The position numbers were made by a program, and so were the translations under genes. Of a stretch of DNA of 64,000 nt, positions 1 to 11,125 are shown one piece after another. Below the pieces are notes generated by a model. It was not told the DNA's origin, ran no database searches, and saw only the letters and a program-made list of their open reading frames with translations. The stretch's first letter is position 1, and each line of letters starts with the position of its first letter. Source of the DNA: Candidatus Doudnabacteria bacterium (GTDB taxonomy: Bacteria; Patescibacteriota; Doudnabacteria; UBA920; O2-02-FULL-48-8); the NCBI GenBank assembly GCA_016199215.1, contig JACQHB010000009.1, positions 4,905 through 68,904 of the forward strand, written 5' to 3'.

Positions 1-2289
1 GCTATGTCCGAACTGGGCCTGCGGCCAAGCGTCAAATTCCGCAAATCCGCGGCTGTGGTCGGCGAAGTTTTGGCTAAATATCATCCTCATGGCGATATCG
101 CCGTTTATGATACCTTGGTCCGTATGGCACAGGATTTCGCCATGCGCTATCCCTTAGTTGATGGCCAGGGTAATTTCGGCTCAATGGATGGCGATGCTCC
201 AGCAGCCATGCGTTATACAGAAGCGCGTATGATGGCTTTGGCCGAGGAGATTTTAGCTGATTTGGACAAAGACACGGTGGACTGGATGGACAACTATGAC
301 GCCACCCGAAAAGAACCCAAGGTTTTGCCAGCCAAAGTCCCCCAGCTCCTGCTTAATGGAACCCTGGGGATTGCCGTGGGCATGGCCACTGACATCCCCC
401 CTCATAACCTCAACGAAGTCGCTGACGCCACAATCAAACTGATTGACGAACCCGCCGCGACCACGGAAGACCTGATGGAAATAATCAAAGGACCGGATTT
501 CCCAACTGGCGGGTTTATTTATGATTGGAACAGCATCAAACAAACTTATGCCACAGGCAAGGGGCCGATTGTTATGCGCGCCAAAACGGAAATTATTGAG
601 GAAGGCGGCCAGCATAAGATTATCATCAATGAAATTCCTTACCGAGTAAACAAGGCTTCGCTGCTTGAGCAATTCGCCAATCTGGTCCGGGACAAAAAAG
701 TGGAAGGAATTAGAGACTTGCGAGATGAGTCTGATAAGGACGGGGTTAGGATAGTTATTGAGCTTAAGAAAGAAGGGCTGCCGAACAAAATTCTCAACCA
801 ATTGTTCAAGTACTCAAGCCTCCAGGAGACCTTCCACGTAAACATGCTGGCTTTGGTTGATGGAATTGAACCGCAGGTCCTGAACCTAAAAAATATTCTG
901 GAATACTTTATCAAACACCGCCAGGAGGTAGTCGTCCGCCGCACTCAGTTTGATCTTCAAAAAGCCAAGGATCGGGCGCACATTTTGGAAGGGCTGAAAA
1001 AAGCGCTTGACCATATTGACGCTATAATTCAGACGATCAAAAAATCCGACACCACAGAAGAAGCTCACGCCCAATTAATGAGCAAGTTCAAGCTATCCGA
1101 CAAGCAGGCAGCGGCCATTCTCCAGATGCAGCTTAGAGCCTTGGCTGGACTTGAGAGGAAAAAAGTAGATGACGAACTTAAAGAAAAGCGGAAGCTGATC
1201 GAAGAATTGGAAGGGCTCTTAAAAAGCGCCAAAAAAATCAAGGAAGTGATTAAGAAAGAACTGACGGAACTTAAAGAGCAATTCGGAGACGAACGCAAAA
1301 CCACCTTGGTTAAAACACCGATTGGCGAATTTAAGGTGGAAGACCTGATTCCAGAAGAGCAGGCAATAGTTATCGTTACCAAATCCGGATATGTAAAACG
1401 GGTGCCCCCGCAGACTTACAAAACCCAAGGCCGCGGAGGGAAGGGGGTAATTGGCATGACCACAAAGGAAGAAGACGTGGTCGAATGGCTCAAGACTTCC
1501 AATACGCACGACGACATCTTGTTCTTCACCAACAAGGGCCGGGTGTTTGCCACTAAAGTTTATGAACTACCAGAAGCCTCAAGGGTTGCCCGGGGCCAAG
1601 CCTTGGTAAATTTCCTTGACCTGCCCAATGATGAAACGGTTAAAAGCATCCTGACAATCTCTAAAAAAACTCCAGGCAAATATTTGGTTTTGGCAACCAA
1701 AGCCGGGATAATTAAAAAAACCCCCATTGAGGAATTTGCCAAAGTACGAAAATCCGGTTTGATCACCATAAAACTCAAAGGCAACGACGAATTAAAATGG
1801 GTGAAGTACTCAACCGGAAATGATGATATCATCCTATCAACTTCCAATGGCCAAGCCATTCGATTTGATGAAAAAGATGTGCGCCCCATGGGACGAACCG
1901 CTTCGGGTGTACGGGGAATGCGCCTCAAAAAAAATGACAGCCTGATCAGCATGGACTTGGTCAACAAATCGGATAAAATTGATAATCTTCAGCTTTTGAT
2001 CGTTACGGAAAACGGCCTGGGCAAAAAAACTGATCTTAAATTCTACAAACGCCAGCATCGCGGGGGGTCGGGGATCAAGACTTTAAAAGTCAGCCAAAAA
2101 ACAGGAAAAATTATATCTTTGCACGTAATTGACAAGTCCGAAGAGCATGATTTGGTCGTGGTTTCACGCTTGGGTCAGACCTTGCGAACTCCAATAGGAA
2201 AAATTTCAACCTTGGGTCGAGCTACCCAAGGAGTGCGGATTATGACTTTGGATGACAAAGACCTGGTTGCTTCTACCACAATTCTATAA
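1..2289 (+). CDS. gyrA: DNA gyrase subunit A (5' end outside the window)
   Basis: [20 protein letters not shown] catalytic Tyr, GyrA-box QGRGGKG and C-terminal pinwheel repeats. Confidence 0.97.
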   Translation, partial: AMSELGLRPSVKFRKSAAVVGEVLAKYHPHGDIAVYDTLVRMAQDFAMRYPLVDGQGNFGSMDGDAPAAMRYTEARMMALAEEILADLDKDTVDWMDNYDATRKEPKVLPAKVPQLLLNGTLGIAVGMATDIPPHNLNEVADATIKLIDEPAATTEDLMEIIKGPDFPTGGFIYDWNSIKQTYATGKGPIVMRAKTEIIEEGGQHKIIINEIPYRVNKASLLEQFANLVRDKKVEGIRDLRDESDKDGVRIVIELKKEGLPNKILNQLFKYSSLQETFHVNMLALVDGIEPQVLNLKNILEYFIKHRQEVVVRRTQFDLQKAKDRAHILEGLKKALDHIDAIIQTIKKSDTTEEAHAQLMSKFKLSDKQAAAILQMQLRALAGLERKKVDDELKEKRKLIEELEGLLKSAKKIKEVIKKELTELKEQFGDERKTTLVKTPIGEFKVEDLIPEEQAIVIVTKSGYVKRVPPQTYKTQGRGGKGVIGMTTKEEDVVEWLKTSNTHDDILFFTNKGRVFATKVYELPEASRVARGQALVNFLDLPNDETVKSILTISKKTPGKYLVLATKAGIIKKTPIEEFAKVRKSGLITIKLKGNDELKWVKYSTGNDDIILSTSNGQAIRFDEKDVRPMGRTASGVRGMRLKKNDSLISMDLVNKSDKIDNLQLLIVTENGLGKKTDLKFYKRQHRGGSGIKTLKVSQKTGKIISLHVIDKSEEHDLVVVSRLGQTLRTPIGKISTLGRATQGVRIMTLDDKDLVASTTIL

Positions 2290-2291
2290 TC

Positions 2292-2954
2292 ATGCTTTAC
2301 GTTGTCGCCACCCCAATCGGCAATCTTAAGGATATGACGCTGCGCGCGATCGAAACCCTTAAGCTTGCTGATTTTATTATTGCCGAGAACCCTGGTCATA
2401 GCGCGAAGCTTTTGCGTCATTACGAAATCGGAAATAAAAAAATATTTCAATTTGCCGAGCACAACGAACACAGGGCCCTGCCAACGCTAATCGCCAATCT
2501 CAAATCCCAAACCGGCGCTCTAATCACTGACGCCGGTACTCCCGGAATTTCAGATCCAGGCTTCCGCTTGGTCCGGGCTTGCGTGGAAAATGGCATTAAG
2601 ATTGCTCCAATTCCAGGCCCTTCCGCGGCGATCGCCGCGCTTTCCGCTTCCGGACTGGCCACGGACCGCTTTTTGTTCCTGGGCTTTGCTCCAAGGACCG
2701 AAATTAAATTAACCAGGATTATTTCATTGGGAAAAGCAGTCGAAAGCACCGTAATATTTTACGAATCACCATTTAGGATAATTAAAACATTGCAATTTAT
2801 TGCAAAACATTTCCCAGACTGCCATGCAGTAGTGGCCCGGGAACTAACCAAGGTCTACGAAGAATTTTTACGAGGAGCGCCCTCTGAGATTTTAGAACAG
2901 CTAACCAAGAACCGGGCCAAAGGGGAATTTGCTGTTCTAATTTCATTTAAATAG
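2292..2954 (+). CDS. rsmI: 16S rRNA C1402 2'-O-methyltransferase
   Basis: LYVVATPIGNLKD, DAGTPGISDPG, FYESP and RELTK motifs. Confidence 0.95.
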   Translation: MLYVVATPIGNLKDMTLRAIETLKLADFIIAENPGHSAKLLRHYEIGNKKIFQFAEHNEHRALPTLIANLKSQTGALITDAGTPGISDPGFRLVRACVENGIKIAPIPGPSAAIAALSASGLATDRFLFLGFAPRTEIKLTRIISLGKAVESTVIFYESPFRIIKTLQFIAKHFPDCHAVVARELTKVYEEFLRGAPSEILEQLTKNRAKGEFAVLISFK

Positions 2955-2964
2955 ATTCCGGCTT

Positions 2965-3528
2965 ATGATCCAATTCTTAAGAGACAGGGAACTGACCAAA
3001 AGAATCTCACCCTTTTTGCAAAAAGGGTGGTCGCTGCTTGATATAGGAACCGGTAGAGGAACAATGGCACTACTTCTTAGACAACAAGTGGGAGTTGAGC
3101 CAACACTGACGGACGTTGTCAACCAAAACCAAACGGATCTTCCATGGGTAAATATGATCTCAAATGCTAGAGTTGATGTCGCGGATAAATCTTTTGACGC
3201 GGTTAGCCTAATCTTTGTGCTTCACCATGTCCAAACAAAACAGGAGCAGGAAAAATTAATTCAAGAGGCCGCAAGAATCGCCCGAAAAAGAATTGTTATT
3301 CTTGAAGACACCCCGAATTCAAAAATTAGTTGGCTAATGAATGCTGCCTGGGATTGGATTATGAACGCGCCCAAGGGGATACCCGTGCCATTTAATTTTC
3401 GGTCAAAAAAAGAATGGCAAGAGCTGTTTGATAAAACAGGGCTTAATGCCAAGGCCTATTCTTTTCGCCCTTTTTGGCCGGTTATGTTAACTTACCAACA
3501 GACCCTTTTTGTAATTGATTTAATATAA
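2965..3528 (+). CDS. Class I SAM-dependent methyltransferase
   Basis: LLDIGTGRG motif I and FDAVSLIFVLHH. Confidence 0.85.
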   Translation: MIQFLRDRELTKRISPFLQKGWSLLDIGTGRGTMALLLRQQVGVEPTLTDVVNQNQTDLPWVNMISNARVDVADKSFDAVSLIFVLHHVQTKQEQEKLIQEAARIARKRIVILEDTPNSKISWLMNAAWDWIMNAPKGIPVPFNFRSKKEWQELFDKTGLNAKAYSFRPFWPVMLTYQQTLFVIDLI

Positions 3529-3531
3529 GAT

Positions 3532-4251
3532 ATGTCCGGACACTCCAAGTGGGCGACAATCAAAAGGCAGAAAGCGGTGACTGACGCCAAGCGCGGACAA
3601 GCCTTTACTAAACTTGGCCGCAACATAACAATCGCAGTAAAGGAAGGCGGCGGACCGGACCCTTCCTTCAATTTCAAATTAAGAATGGCTGTTGACCGGG
3701 CCAAAGACGCGGGCATGCCTGCTGACAACATTGACCGGGCAATCAAGCGGGGATCGGGCGAGGGCAAGGAAGCGTTGGAAACAGTTGTTTACGAAGGCTA
3801 CGGCCCTTTTGGAACCGCATTCCTAATTGAAGCGGTTACTGATAATCCCAACCGAACAACCAGCAACATTAAGCATATTTTTGGCAGTTATGATGGAAAT
3901 TTGGGAACAAAAGGATCAGTTGCTTGGCAATTCAACACCAAGGGGCAAATCCTCATAGAGCGAGACAGGGAGGATTTGGCCGACTTAGAGCTTAAGGCAA
4001 TCGATGCCGGAGCCGAAGACGTTAGAGAATCCGAGGAAGGGTTGGAGGTGTATACCTTACCAATGGATTTGCAAAAAATAAAAGACTCCATGCTTAAGGC
4101 CGGAGCAAAAATTGCTAAAGCTGACGTGATCCAGGAGTCAAGTCAAGGAGTTAATTTAACCGAAGATCAAAAGGTGAAAGTGAACAGACTGTTTGAAGAA
4201 TTAGAAAATGACGATGATGTAATCGCGGTGCACACGAGCGCAAATTTATAA
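3532..4251 (+). CDS. yebC: YebC/PmpR family protein
   Basis: MSGHSKWATIK, YEGYGP and TDNPNRT motifs. Confidence 0.95.
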   Translation: MSGHSKWATIKRQKAVTDAKRGQAFTKLGRNITIAVKEGGGPDPSFNFKLRMAVDRAKDAGMPADNIDRAIKRGSGEGKEALETVVYEGYGPFGTAFLIEAVTDNPNRTTSNIKHIFGSYDGNLGTKGSVAWQFNTKGQILIERDREDLADLELKAIDAGAEDVRESEEGLEVYTLPMDLQKIKDSMLKAGAKIAKADVIQESSQGVNLTEDQKVKVNRLFEELENDDDVIAVHTSANL

Positions 4252-4252
4252 A

Positions 4253-4319
4253 GATATTGGGTACTGGATATTAGATACTAAATTATCACCAATATCTAAT
4301 ATCTAATATCTAATATCTA
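4253..4319. repeat. Inverted pair of degenerate 7-nt tandem arrays
   Basis: gatattg-ggtactg-gatatta-gatacta faces caatatc-taatatc-taatatc-taatatc. Confidence 0.8.
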
Positions 4320-4323
4320 TTTT

Positions 4324-4800
4324 ATGAGAATCTTGGGAATTGACCCTGGCATTGGCCGGACCGGGTATGCTATTTTGGAACAAAACGATAAAGATATCGT
4401 TCTTAGATCTTGCGGCTGTATCGAGACAAAACCAGGAAAGCCGGAAGCTGACCGGCTTTTGGAAATAAAAAAGGACTTGGTTAATTTGATTAAAAAATGG
4501 AAGCCGGAAACAGTCTGCGTGGAATCTTTGTTTTTTGCCCAAAATGTAAAAACCGCCATGGCTGTTGGCCAGGCTAGGGGAGTGGTGATTGTAACTGCGG
4601 CCGAATATAGTCTAAAGCTGGTTGAAGTCACACCTCTACAGGTAAAAATAGCAGCCACCGGTTATGGCAAGGCGGACAAAGCCCAGGTCCAGCGCATGAT
4701 CGTAACTTTGTTGAAACTAAAAAAAATCCCTCGCCCTGATGACGCGGCTGACGCCTGCGCCATTGCTTGGGCCGCAATCGGGAGAGCTAGATATCTATAA
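4324..4800 (+). CDS. ruvC: Holliday junction resolvase RuvC
   Basis: ILGIDPG, ESLFF, QARGV and DDAADA motifs. Confidence 0.96.
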   Translation: MRILGIDPGIGRTGYAILEQNDKDIVLRSCGCIETKPGKPEADRLLEIKKDLVNLIKKWKPETVCVESLFFAQNVKTAMAVGQARGVVIVTAAEYSLKLVEVTPLQVKIAATGYGKADKAQVQRMIVTLLKLKKIPRPDDAADACAIAWAAIGRARYL

Positions 4801-4850
4801 TTATTTCCATGAGCTCACAAATGTGAGCATTTGGAAATAATATTAACCAA

Positions 4851-4884
4851 AGAAAAACTGCTCCTGACTAGGAGCAGTTTTTCT
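4851..4884. terminator. Bidirectional intrinsic terminator between ruvC and tyrS
   Basis: aaaaactgctcct-gact-aggagcagttttt between convergent genes. Confidence 0.8.
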
Positions 4885-6060
4885 TTAAACTTTCAGCTTT
4901 ATAAACTTTCTCTTGCCGACCTGTAGAACCACGCCGTTGCGCAGGTCCACCATCGTGTCCCATTCGTCAATCACCTCGTCATTGAACTTGACGGCTTTCT
5001 GCTGGACCAGCCTTCGCGCTTCACTTTTGCTTGGGGCCAATTTTGTCTCCACCAACAAATCAATGATGTTCTGGGATTTAACTTTCATTTCCGTCATTTG
5101 AGTCGGTTTTTCTTTACGGGAAAAAACTTTTTCAAATTCTTTGGCCGCAGCATCCGCGGCTTTTTTCCCGTGATATAGTGTAACCAATTCATGGGCCAAT
5201 CGTTTTTTTATTAGGCTGGGATTAGTCCCGGCCTTTAATTCTTTCTCATAGCCTTTTACGTCATCAAGAGGAACTCTTGTCGTGAATTGGAAATATTTTA
5301 TGATCAGATCATCTTTGATCGACATGGTCTTGCCAAACATTTGATTAGGGTCATCCGTAAGGTTGATTACATTCCCCCAAGACGAGCTCATTTTCCTGCC
5401 ATCTGTTCCTTCGAGCAATTCTGTCATGACAATATCTTGCGGCGCTTGAGCGTAAAGAGGCTGAATGGTCCTACCCGCTAGCAAGTTGAATCTTTGATCT
5501 GTGCCGCCCAACTCCACGTCAGCCTTCACCGCCACTGAATCATACCCCTGCATTAACGGATACATCATCTCATGGAAAGACACTCTTTTGCCAGCTTTCA
5601 ATCGCTTGGCAATAATCTCCCGCGATTCAAATTCATGCAAACCGAAAAGCTGGGCCATCTTGGCAATCTCGATAAATCCTAGCTTGGAAAGCCACTCCGA
5701 ATTATAATGGGCCTCGGTTTTTTTTGGATCCAGAATCTTAAAAGCTTGGTCCAGATAAGTTTTCATGTTAGCTTTTATCTGCTGCCCTGAAAGCATCGGC
5801 CGTTCCGCTTCCTTATCTGAAGTGTCGCCGACCATCCCGGTAAAATCACCGACGATAAAAACGACCTGGTGCCCCAATTCCTGAAACTCCCGGAGTTTCC
5901 AAAGCTGGACAGCGCGACCAATGTGAAGATTGGGGCTGGTCGGATCTATCCCCAACTTAACCCTAAGTCTTTTACCACCGTCCAATTGTTTCTTAAGATG
6001 ATTCAAGTCTATGATTTCGGCAACTGTGCGGGTCAAGATTTCATTGGTTTTTTGATTCAT
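4885..6060 (-). CDS. tyrS: Tyrosine--tRNA ligase
   Basis: GIDPTSPNLHIG, YPLMQGYD, GGTDQ, KMSSS and a C-terminal S4-like domain. Confidence 0.96.
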   Translation of the reverse strand: MNQKTNEILTRTVAEIIDLNHLKKQLDGGKRLRVKLGIDPTSPNLHIGRAVQLWKLREFQELGHQVVFIVGDFTGMVGDTSDKEAERPMLSGQQIKANMKTYLDQAFKILDPKKTEAHYNSEWLSKLGFIEIAKMAQLFGLHEFESREIIAKRLKAGKRVSFHEMMYPLMQGYDSVAVKADVELGGTDQRFNLLAGRTIQPLYAQAPQDIVMTELLEGTDGRKMSSSWGNVINLTDDPNQMFGKTMSIKDDLIIKYFQFTTRVPLDDVKGYEKELKAGTNPSLIKKRLAHELVTLYHGKKAADAAAKEFEKVFSRKEKPTQMTEMKVKSQNIIDLLVETKLAPSKSEARRLVQQKAVKFNDEVIDEWDTMVDLRNGVVLQVGKRKFIKLKV

Positions 6061-6118
6061 ATGTTAATTATACCAGTTTTTTGATACAATTTAAAAGGCT
6101 TTGATAAATCTTTATGAA

Positions 6119-6214
6119 TCCCGTTAGAAATTGCGTATCATATACGTTAATAATGATATTGCAATCAACCGGGATAAAATTACAATTAACTTCTAATCAT
6201 TATTTCTAACGGGA
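6119..6214. mobile_element. MITE-like element, copy 1 (96 bp)
   Basis: 13-bp TIR tcccgttagaaat/atttctaacggga, flanked by direct repeat TGAA (6115-6118 and 6215-6218). Confidence 0.75.
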
Positions 6215-8790
6215 TGAACTTCTACCGCTCAAACTGGAACCGGAACCATCGAATGAGTCTTAGGAAAATTTTATGGGGAATTTTGAAAGTTCCTCCAGCG
6301 GTTTTCCGAAAAATTCGTTCGGAAAAAAAGCTTGCAAAAAAATTAATCAAATACGGGTTATTCGCCATAGCCGGTTTGATCATTGCCGGAAGTCTGGCTT
6401 TCGCCGCCATTGCTTTAAGTCTGCCTGACCCGACCAAGCTTAATGCTCGGGTCGTCCCTGAATCAACCAAAATCTACGCCAGAGACGGAACGACACTTCT
6501 TTACGAAATCCATGGCGAGGCCAAACGGACCGTGATTGATTTTAATGAAATTCCGGATAGGGTTAAAAAATCAACTATCGCCGTGGAGGACAAAAATTTT
6601 TACCGCAATACAGGAGTTGACTGGAAAGGAATTATTCGGGCCGCTTTGCGCAACGTAAGCTCTGGAAACATAAAAGGACAGGGTGGTTCCACAATTACTC
6701 AGCAGTTTGTGAAAAACGCGATTTTAACCCGAGAAAAAACTTTTTCAAGAAAAATAAAAGAAATCGTGCTTGCGATTCAATTGGAACAAAAATTTAGTAA
6801 GAATGAAATTCTCAACTTCTACCTAAACGAGATCCCGTATGGCCAAAACGCCTATGGGATTGAGGCGGCTTCTCAAACCTATTTTGGAAAACAGGCAAAA
6901 AATCTAAGCCTCGCCGAATCAGCGTACTTGGCTGCCCTTCCGCAGGCTCCGACTTTTTATTCCCCTAACGGCCCCAACAGGGATAAGCTGGATGCGAGAA
7001 AAAATTTCGTGCTGGATGAAATGCGATCCGAAGGATACATCACGGATAAGGAACGCGATGACGCGAAAAACGAAAAAGTCACTTTTAATAAAATCCGGGA
7101 TTCGATATTAGCCCCTCACTTTGTCCTTTATGTTCAAGGACAGCTTGCGGAAAAATACGGCGAGAAAACTCTGGAAGAAGGGGGGCTTAAGGTTATAACT
7201 TCGCTTGACTGGAATTTCCAACAAATCGCTGAAAAAGCGGTGAGCGAGGGTGTGGCAAGGAATGAAAAAAGAAACAAAGCGAGCAATGCCGCGCTGGTCG
7301 CCATTGATCCCAAAACCGGACAAATTCTGTCTATGGTCGGCTCTCGAGAATATCTCAAGCCAGATTGCGATTATTGCCAAGTCAATGTTGCCTTGCGTGA
7401 GCTCCAACCGGGATCCTCTATTAAACCTTATGTCTACGCAACCGCATTTAAAGAAGGCATGAATCCGGCAACCATGCTGGTTGATGTTAAAACGAGTTTT
7501 GGCACTTACGGCGGCAAAGACTACAGCCCCTCAAATTATGACGGCAGATCCCATGGACTGCTTTCAATGAGAAAAGCCTTAGCCGGATCCTTAAACGTAC
7601 CAGCAGTCAAAACCTTGGCCTTAGTCGGGGTGCAAGACGCGATTGATACCATAAAAGACATGGGGATTACTGCTGATCTTAACACGGACCGCTGCGGCCT
7701 TTCATTGGTTTTGGGAGGATGCGAAATCAGCCTGCTTGATCACACTTCAGCAATGGGAGTATTTGCTGGTGGCGGAGTCCGTTACGAACCAACCCCGATT
7801 CTTAAGATTACCGACAGGAAGGGAAAAGTATTGGAAGAATACAAAGACAAAGGCGGACAAGAAGTCATTGATCCGCAGGTGGCCTACCAGGTGGTCAGTA
7901 TTATGACTGACAATGATTCCAGGTCGTTTATCTTTGGCGCCAAATCCCCGCTGATCCTTTCGGATCGGGTGGTTGCAGCCAAAACCGGAACTACCCAGGG
8001 GTGGAGGGATGGCTGGACCATGGGCTTCACGCCTTCATTGGTCGCAGGAGTTTGGGTGGGTAACAACGACGGAAGTCTAATGAGAGAAGGTGCAGACGGA
8101 GTGGTGGTGGCCGCTCCTATTTGGAACCAATTCATGCGAGAGGCTTTAAAAAATACCCAACCCGAACAATTTTTAGAGCCAGCCGGGATCCAACACATTC
8201 TGGTCGATTCGGTTTCAGGCAAACTTCCAACGCAATATACGCCTTCGACAAAAACCGATGTTTTTGCAAGCTTTGCCTTACCCAGGGATTTTGATGATGT
8301 GCATGTCCCTGTTCAAATTAATAAGCTTAACGGAAAACTCGCCAATAACCTTACCCCTCCCGAACTTGTGGAGACTAAAATTTATACAATTATCCATTCC
8401 GAAGTGCCGGATAACCCCAATTGGGAAATTCCCGTGCAATCTTGGGCCAAGTCAGCTGGATACAGCTACCCCCAAACCGAGGAAGATGATGGTTCGATTA
8501 ACTCCGAGTATTTAAAGCAACAAGTGGGGTTTATCACTCCTTCCAACAATCAAGAAATTCCAACCTTGCCCATTACGGTTCAGGTTGAGACAGGCACGTT
8601 GGACGTTTCCGATGTCGAACTAATGCTGGAAGGGGAATTTCTTGGGAACGATACTTCCGCTCCCTATAGCTTTTTTGTGGACTCTGCCAAGAGCGGGTGG
8701 CAAACCATGACCGCGATAGTCAAGCTAAAAAACGGCGATTCAATCCAAAACAGCATTCGCATAAATGTCACGGCCAATGCCAATCAATAA
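6214..8790 (+). CDS. Class A penicillin-binding protein (PBP1A family) with C-terminal Ig-like domain
   Basis: N-terminal TM, EDKNF and GGSTITQQ glycosyltransferase motifs, SSIK/SLN/KTG transpeptidase motifs. Confidence 0.93.
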   Translation: MNFYRSNWNRNHRMSLRKILWGILKVPPAVFRKIRSEKKLAKKLIKYGLFAIAGLIIAGSLAFAAIALSLPDPTKLNARVVPESTKIYARDGTTLLYEIHGEAKRTVIDFNEIPDRVKKSTIAVEDKNFYRNTGVDWKGIIRAALRNVSSGNIKGQGGSTITQQFVKNAILTREKTFSRKIKEIVLAIQLEQKFSKNEILNFYLNEIPYGQNAYGIEAASQTYFGKQAKNLSLAESAYLAALPQAPTFYSPNGPNRDKLDARKNFVLDEMRSEGYITDKERDDAKNEKVTFNKIRDSILAPHFVLYVQGQLAEKYGEKTLEEGGLKVITSLDWNFQQIAEKAVSEGVARNEKRNKASNAALVAIDPKTGQILSMVGSREYLKPDCDYCQVNVALRELQPGSSIKPYVYATAFKEGMNPATMLVDVKTSFGTYGGKDYSPSNYDGRSHGLLSMRKALAGSLNVPAVKTLALVGVQDAIDTIKDMGITADLNTDRCGLSLVLGGCEISLLDHTSAMGVFAGGGVRYEPTPILKITDRKGKVLEEYKDKGGQEVIDPQVAYQVVSIMTDNDSRSFIFGAKSPLILSDRVVAAKTGTTQGWRDGWTMGFTPSLVAGVWVGNNDGSLMREGADGVVVAAPIWNQFMREALKNTQPEQFLEPAGIQHILVDSVSGKLPTQYTPSTKTDVFASFALPRDFDDVHVPVQINKLNGKLANNLTPPELVETKIYTIIHSEVPDNPNWEIPVQSWAKSAGYSYPQTEEDDGSINSEYLKQQVGFITPSNNQEIPTLPITVQVETGTLDVSDVELMLEGEFLGNDTSAPYSFFVDSAKSGWQTMTAIVKLKNGDSIQNSIRINVTANANQ

Positions 8791-9919
8791 ATGGCTACTG
8801 GGATTGGGCTTGATCCTAGCCCTGCTCCCGACTTATTTAGTCAGATTTACAATCTTTGGTCTGCCGACCACGTTTCTGGAAGTTATTCTGGTAATCTTTT
8901 TGTTATCTGTCTTAGTCAGCCAATACAAACAAATCAGTTCTTTAAAAAAACTGGGGGCCTTAAACTCAGTCGTGCTGCTATTTGTGCTGTCGGGAATAAT
9001 TTCCACGCTTATTTCACCAGAACCGATCAAAGCCTTAGGTCAACTCAAGGCCCTTATCATTGAGCCTGTGCTGTTTTTTTATGCCTGCGCTCTGATCATC
9101 AAAAAAGAAAGCGACCTTAAAATCCCTTTGACGATGTTATTGTCATCGTCATTAATTATCAGTCTGTTCGGGCTTATCCAGCACCAAACACTTTTAGGCT
9201 TACCCTTAAGGTTCTGGGGGTTTGGGGAAGGCGTCAAAAGAATTGTCAGTGTGTTTGAATATCCCAACGCCTTAGCTTTATATCTTGGGCCTCTGCTTGC
9301 CTTTTTTCTTGCATTAATCTATTCCAAAAGCACATTAATCAACCGCAAGCTATTATTTTGGACAACGGGGATGGGATTGATCGCTCTGGTTCTTACCTTC
9401 TCCCGCGGCGCTTGGCTTGCGGTTTTGGCTGTTCTTGCGGTGCTTATTGGAAAAAAGTTTTCCTGGAAAATTGCGGGTGCGGTTTTGATAATCATTATTA
9501 TCGCCATTGTTTTTCTGCAGTCAGGCCAGCGTTTCTCCCTGTCTGACACTTCTTCACAGACCCGTATCCAACTATACCAGTATGCGTTAACCGCGGTTTT
9601 GGCAAATCCATTGTTGGGAAACGGGTTGCACGGATTTGAGGCCTTTGGCGTTTTGTATCCGCATAATATTTTCCTTAATTTCTGGCTGGAGTTGGGACTT
9701 TTGGGGATGCTTGCTTTCTTCGGGATTATAACTTTGAGTCTCAAACAATATAAAATTGCCCCGACTTCTATAAAGCTTGCGGCGGCGATGTTTTTACTGG
9801 CTGTGGTGGTGCACGGCCTGGTCGATGTCCCTTACTTCAAAAACGATTTGTCAATTTTGTTTTGGTTTATGATTTCAATTTTTTATCTTAGCAAAAACCC
9901 GGCCAGTGACCGGGTTTAA
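8765..9919 (+). CDS. O-antigen ligase family membrane protein (start may be 8777)
   Basis: Multiple TM helices, PNALA, TFSRGAW and YPHNIFL motifs. Confidence 0.85.
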   Translation: MSRPMPINKWLLGLGLILALLPTYLVRFTIFGLPTTFLEVILVIFLLSVLVSQYKQISSLKKLGALNSVVLLFVLSGIISTLISPEPIKALGQLKALIIEPVLFFYACALIIKKESDLKIPLTMLLSSSLIISLFGLIQHQTLLGLPLRFWGFGEGVKRIVSVFEYPNALALYLGPLLAFFLALIYSKSTLINRKLLFWTTGMGLIALVLTFSRGAWLAVLAVLAVLIGKKFSWKIAGAVLIIIIIAIVFLQSGQRFSLSDTSSQTRIQLYQYALTAVLANPLLGNGLHGFEAFGVLYPHNIFLNFWLELGLLGMLAFFGIITLSLKQYKIAPTSIKLAAAMFLLAVVVHGLVDVPYFKNDLSILFWFMISIFYLSKNPASDRV

Positions 9920-10428
9920 GAATTTTCTATAAATTGGAAAGGCTCTTCGGATTTGGAGAGCCCTTTATATTTGATCACAATTCGTCGGTTAGGCTCACTG
10001 CCCATGCTTTCTGATTCGACGTCTGAAAAAAGCGAAAGGTAATCATGCACGATTTTCCGCTCAAACGACGGCATAATCGGCAAGCCCACGCTTCTTTTTG
10101 TTTGCCTGACTTGATGCGCCGCTTTCCTGGCCAACTCCTTCAAATAAATCATCCGTTTTTCCTTGTAGTCATCAATGTCGATGGCAAAAATAAAGTCAGA
10201 GTCCAAATCTTTTTTGACCGCTAGTCTCAAAAGGTGCTGGAGAGCTTCAAGGTTTGCCCCTTGTTTGCCTATCAAAAGCTGGGCATCGTGCGTTTTGATG
10301 TTAAATACGGTCCGGCCTTCTTCCATCCGTTCAAAAATCTGGCAATCGAACCCCATGCTGTTGAGAAGTCCTGTGATCTTGTTTTTGATAATTTCAGTAT
10401 TCTTATCGTCCATATTATTTAGACTCAA
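9916..10428 (-). CDS. jag: Jag/EloR-type KH-R3H RNA-binding protein (short form)
   Basis: LIGKQGANLEALQ KH motif, ERKIVH R3H motif, position after yidC. Confidence 0.88.
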   Translation of the reverse strand: MSLNNMDDKNTEIIKNKITGLLNSMGFDCQIFERMEEGRTVFNIKTHDAQLLIGKQGANLEALQHLLRLAVKKDLDSDFIFAIDIDDYKEKRMIYLKELARKAAHQVRQTKRSVGLPIMPSFERKIVHDYLSLFSDVESESMGSEPNRRIVIKYKGLSKSEEPFQFIENS

Positions 10429-11125
10429 TCAAAACCCTGGCTTCTTTCTTTAAGAAATAATATTGCTGGACTATTCCAAACAAAGTGGAAGCCGCCCAAT
10501 AAAGCGTCAGGCCTGCGGGGAATTGCAAGCCAAAAATAAAAGTGAGCCCCGGCAGGACATATAGCGTCTGGATTGACATCATTTTCGCGGTCGGGTCTTG
10601 AGAGGCCTGCTTTTTACTTAACATCATCTTGCTTTGGAAATATTGCAACACCGCCGCCAAGCCTGCCAAAATCACGTTTTTTTGCGCCAGGTTAAGGAAC
10701 CCTAAAAACACGACGTTAATCGCGCCAGGATTAGGGACAAAGGGATAAAGCCCTTCCAGGGCCTGTCCCCCCAAAGCCTTAATAAACACCTGGTATAAAG
10801 CAATTAAAATTGGCAATTGGATCAAAACCGGGAGGCAGGAACTCAACGGATTAACTTTGTGGACGGAGTAAAGCTCCATCAGTGCCTTTGCCTGCCGCTC
10901 TTTGTCATCTTTGTATTTTTGCTTAATCTCATTCATCTTCGGCTGCAGATCCTGGAGCTCTTTCTGGTGCTTCATCCCTTTGTGAAAAGAGGGAAGCAGC
11001 AAGAGACGGGTCAGGACAGTCAGGAGGATAATCACAATTCCGATGTCAGGAATATAATTATAAAAAAACACCAAAAGATTGAGCAGGGGATAAGTTAAAA
11101 TGTTTCTAAAAAATTCTCCAATCAT
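10415..11125 (-). CDS. yidC: Membrane protein insertase YidC
   Basis: LQPKMNEIKQKY, NPLSSCLPVLIQLPI and GLTLYW motifs. Confidence 0.93.
   Translation of the reverse strand: MIGEFFRNILTYPLLNLLVFFYNYIPDIGIVIILLTVLTRLLLLPSFHKGMKHQKELQDLQPKMNEIKQKYKDDKERQAKALMELYSVHKVNPLSSCLPVLIQLPILIALYQVFIKALGGQALEGLYPFVPNPGAINVVFLGFLNLAQKNVILAGLAAVLQYFQSKMMLSKKQASQDPTAKMMSIQTLYVLPGLTFIFGLQFPAGLTLYWAASTLFGIVQQYYFLKKEARVLIESK

Noticed and set aside
4801-4840. Palindrome with a lac-operator-like core (gctcaca-aa-tgtgagc)
   Set aside because: It lies between convergent gene ends, not at a promoter; most simply a 3' hairpin.
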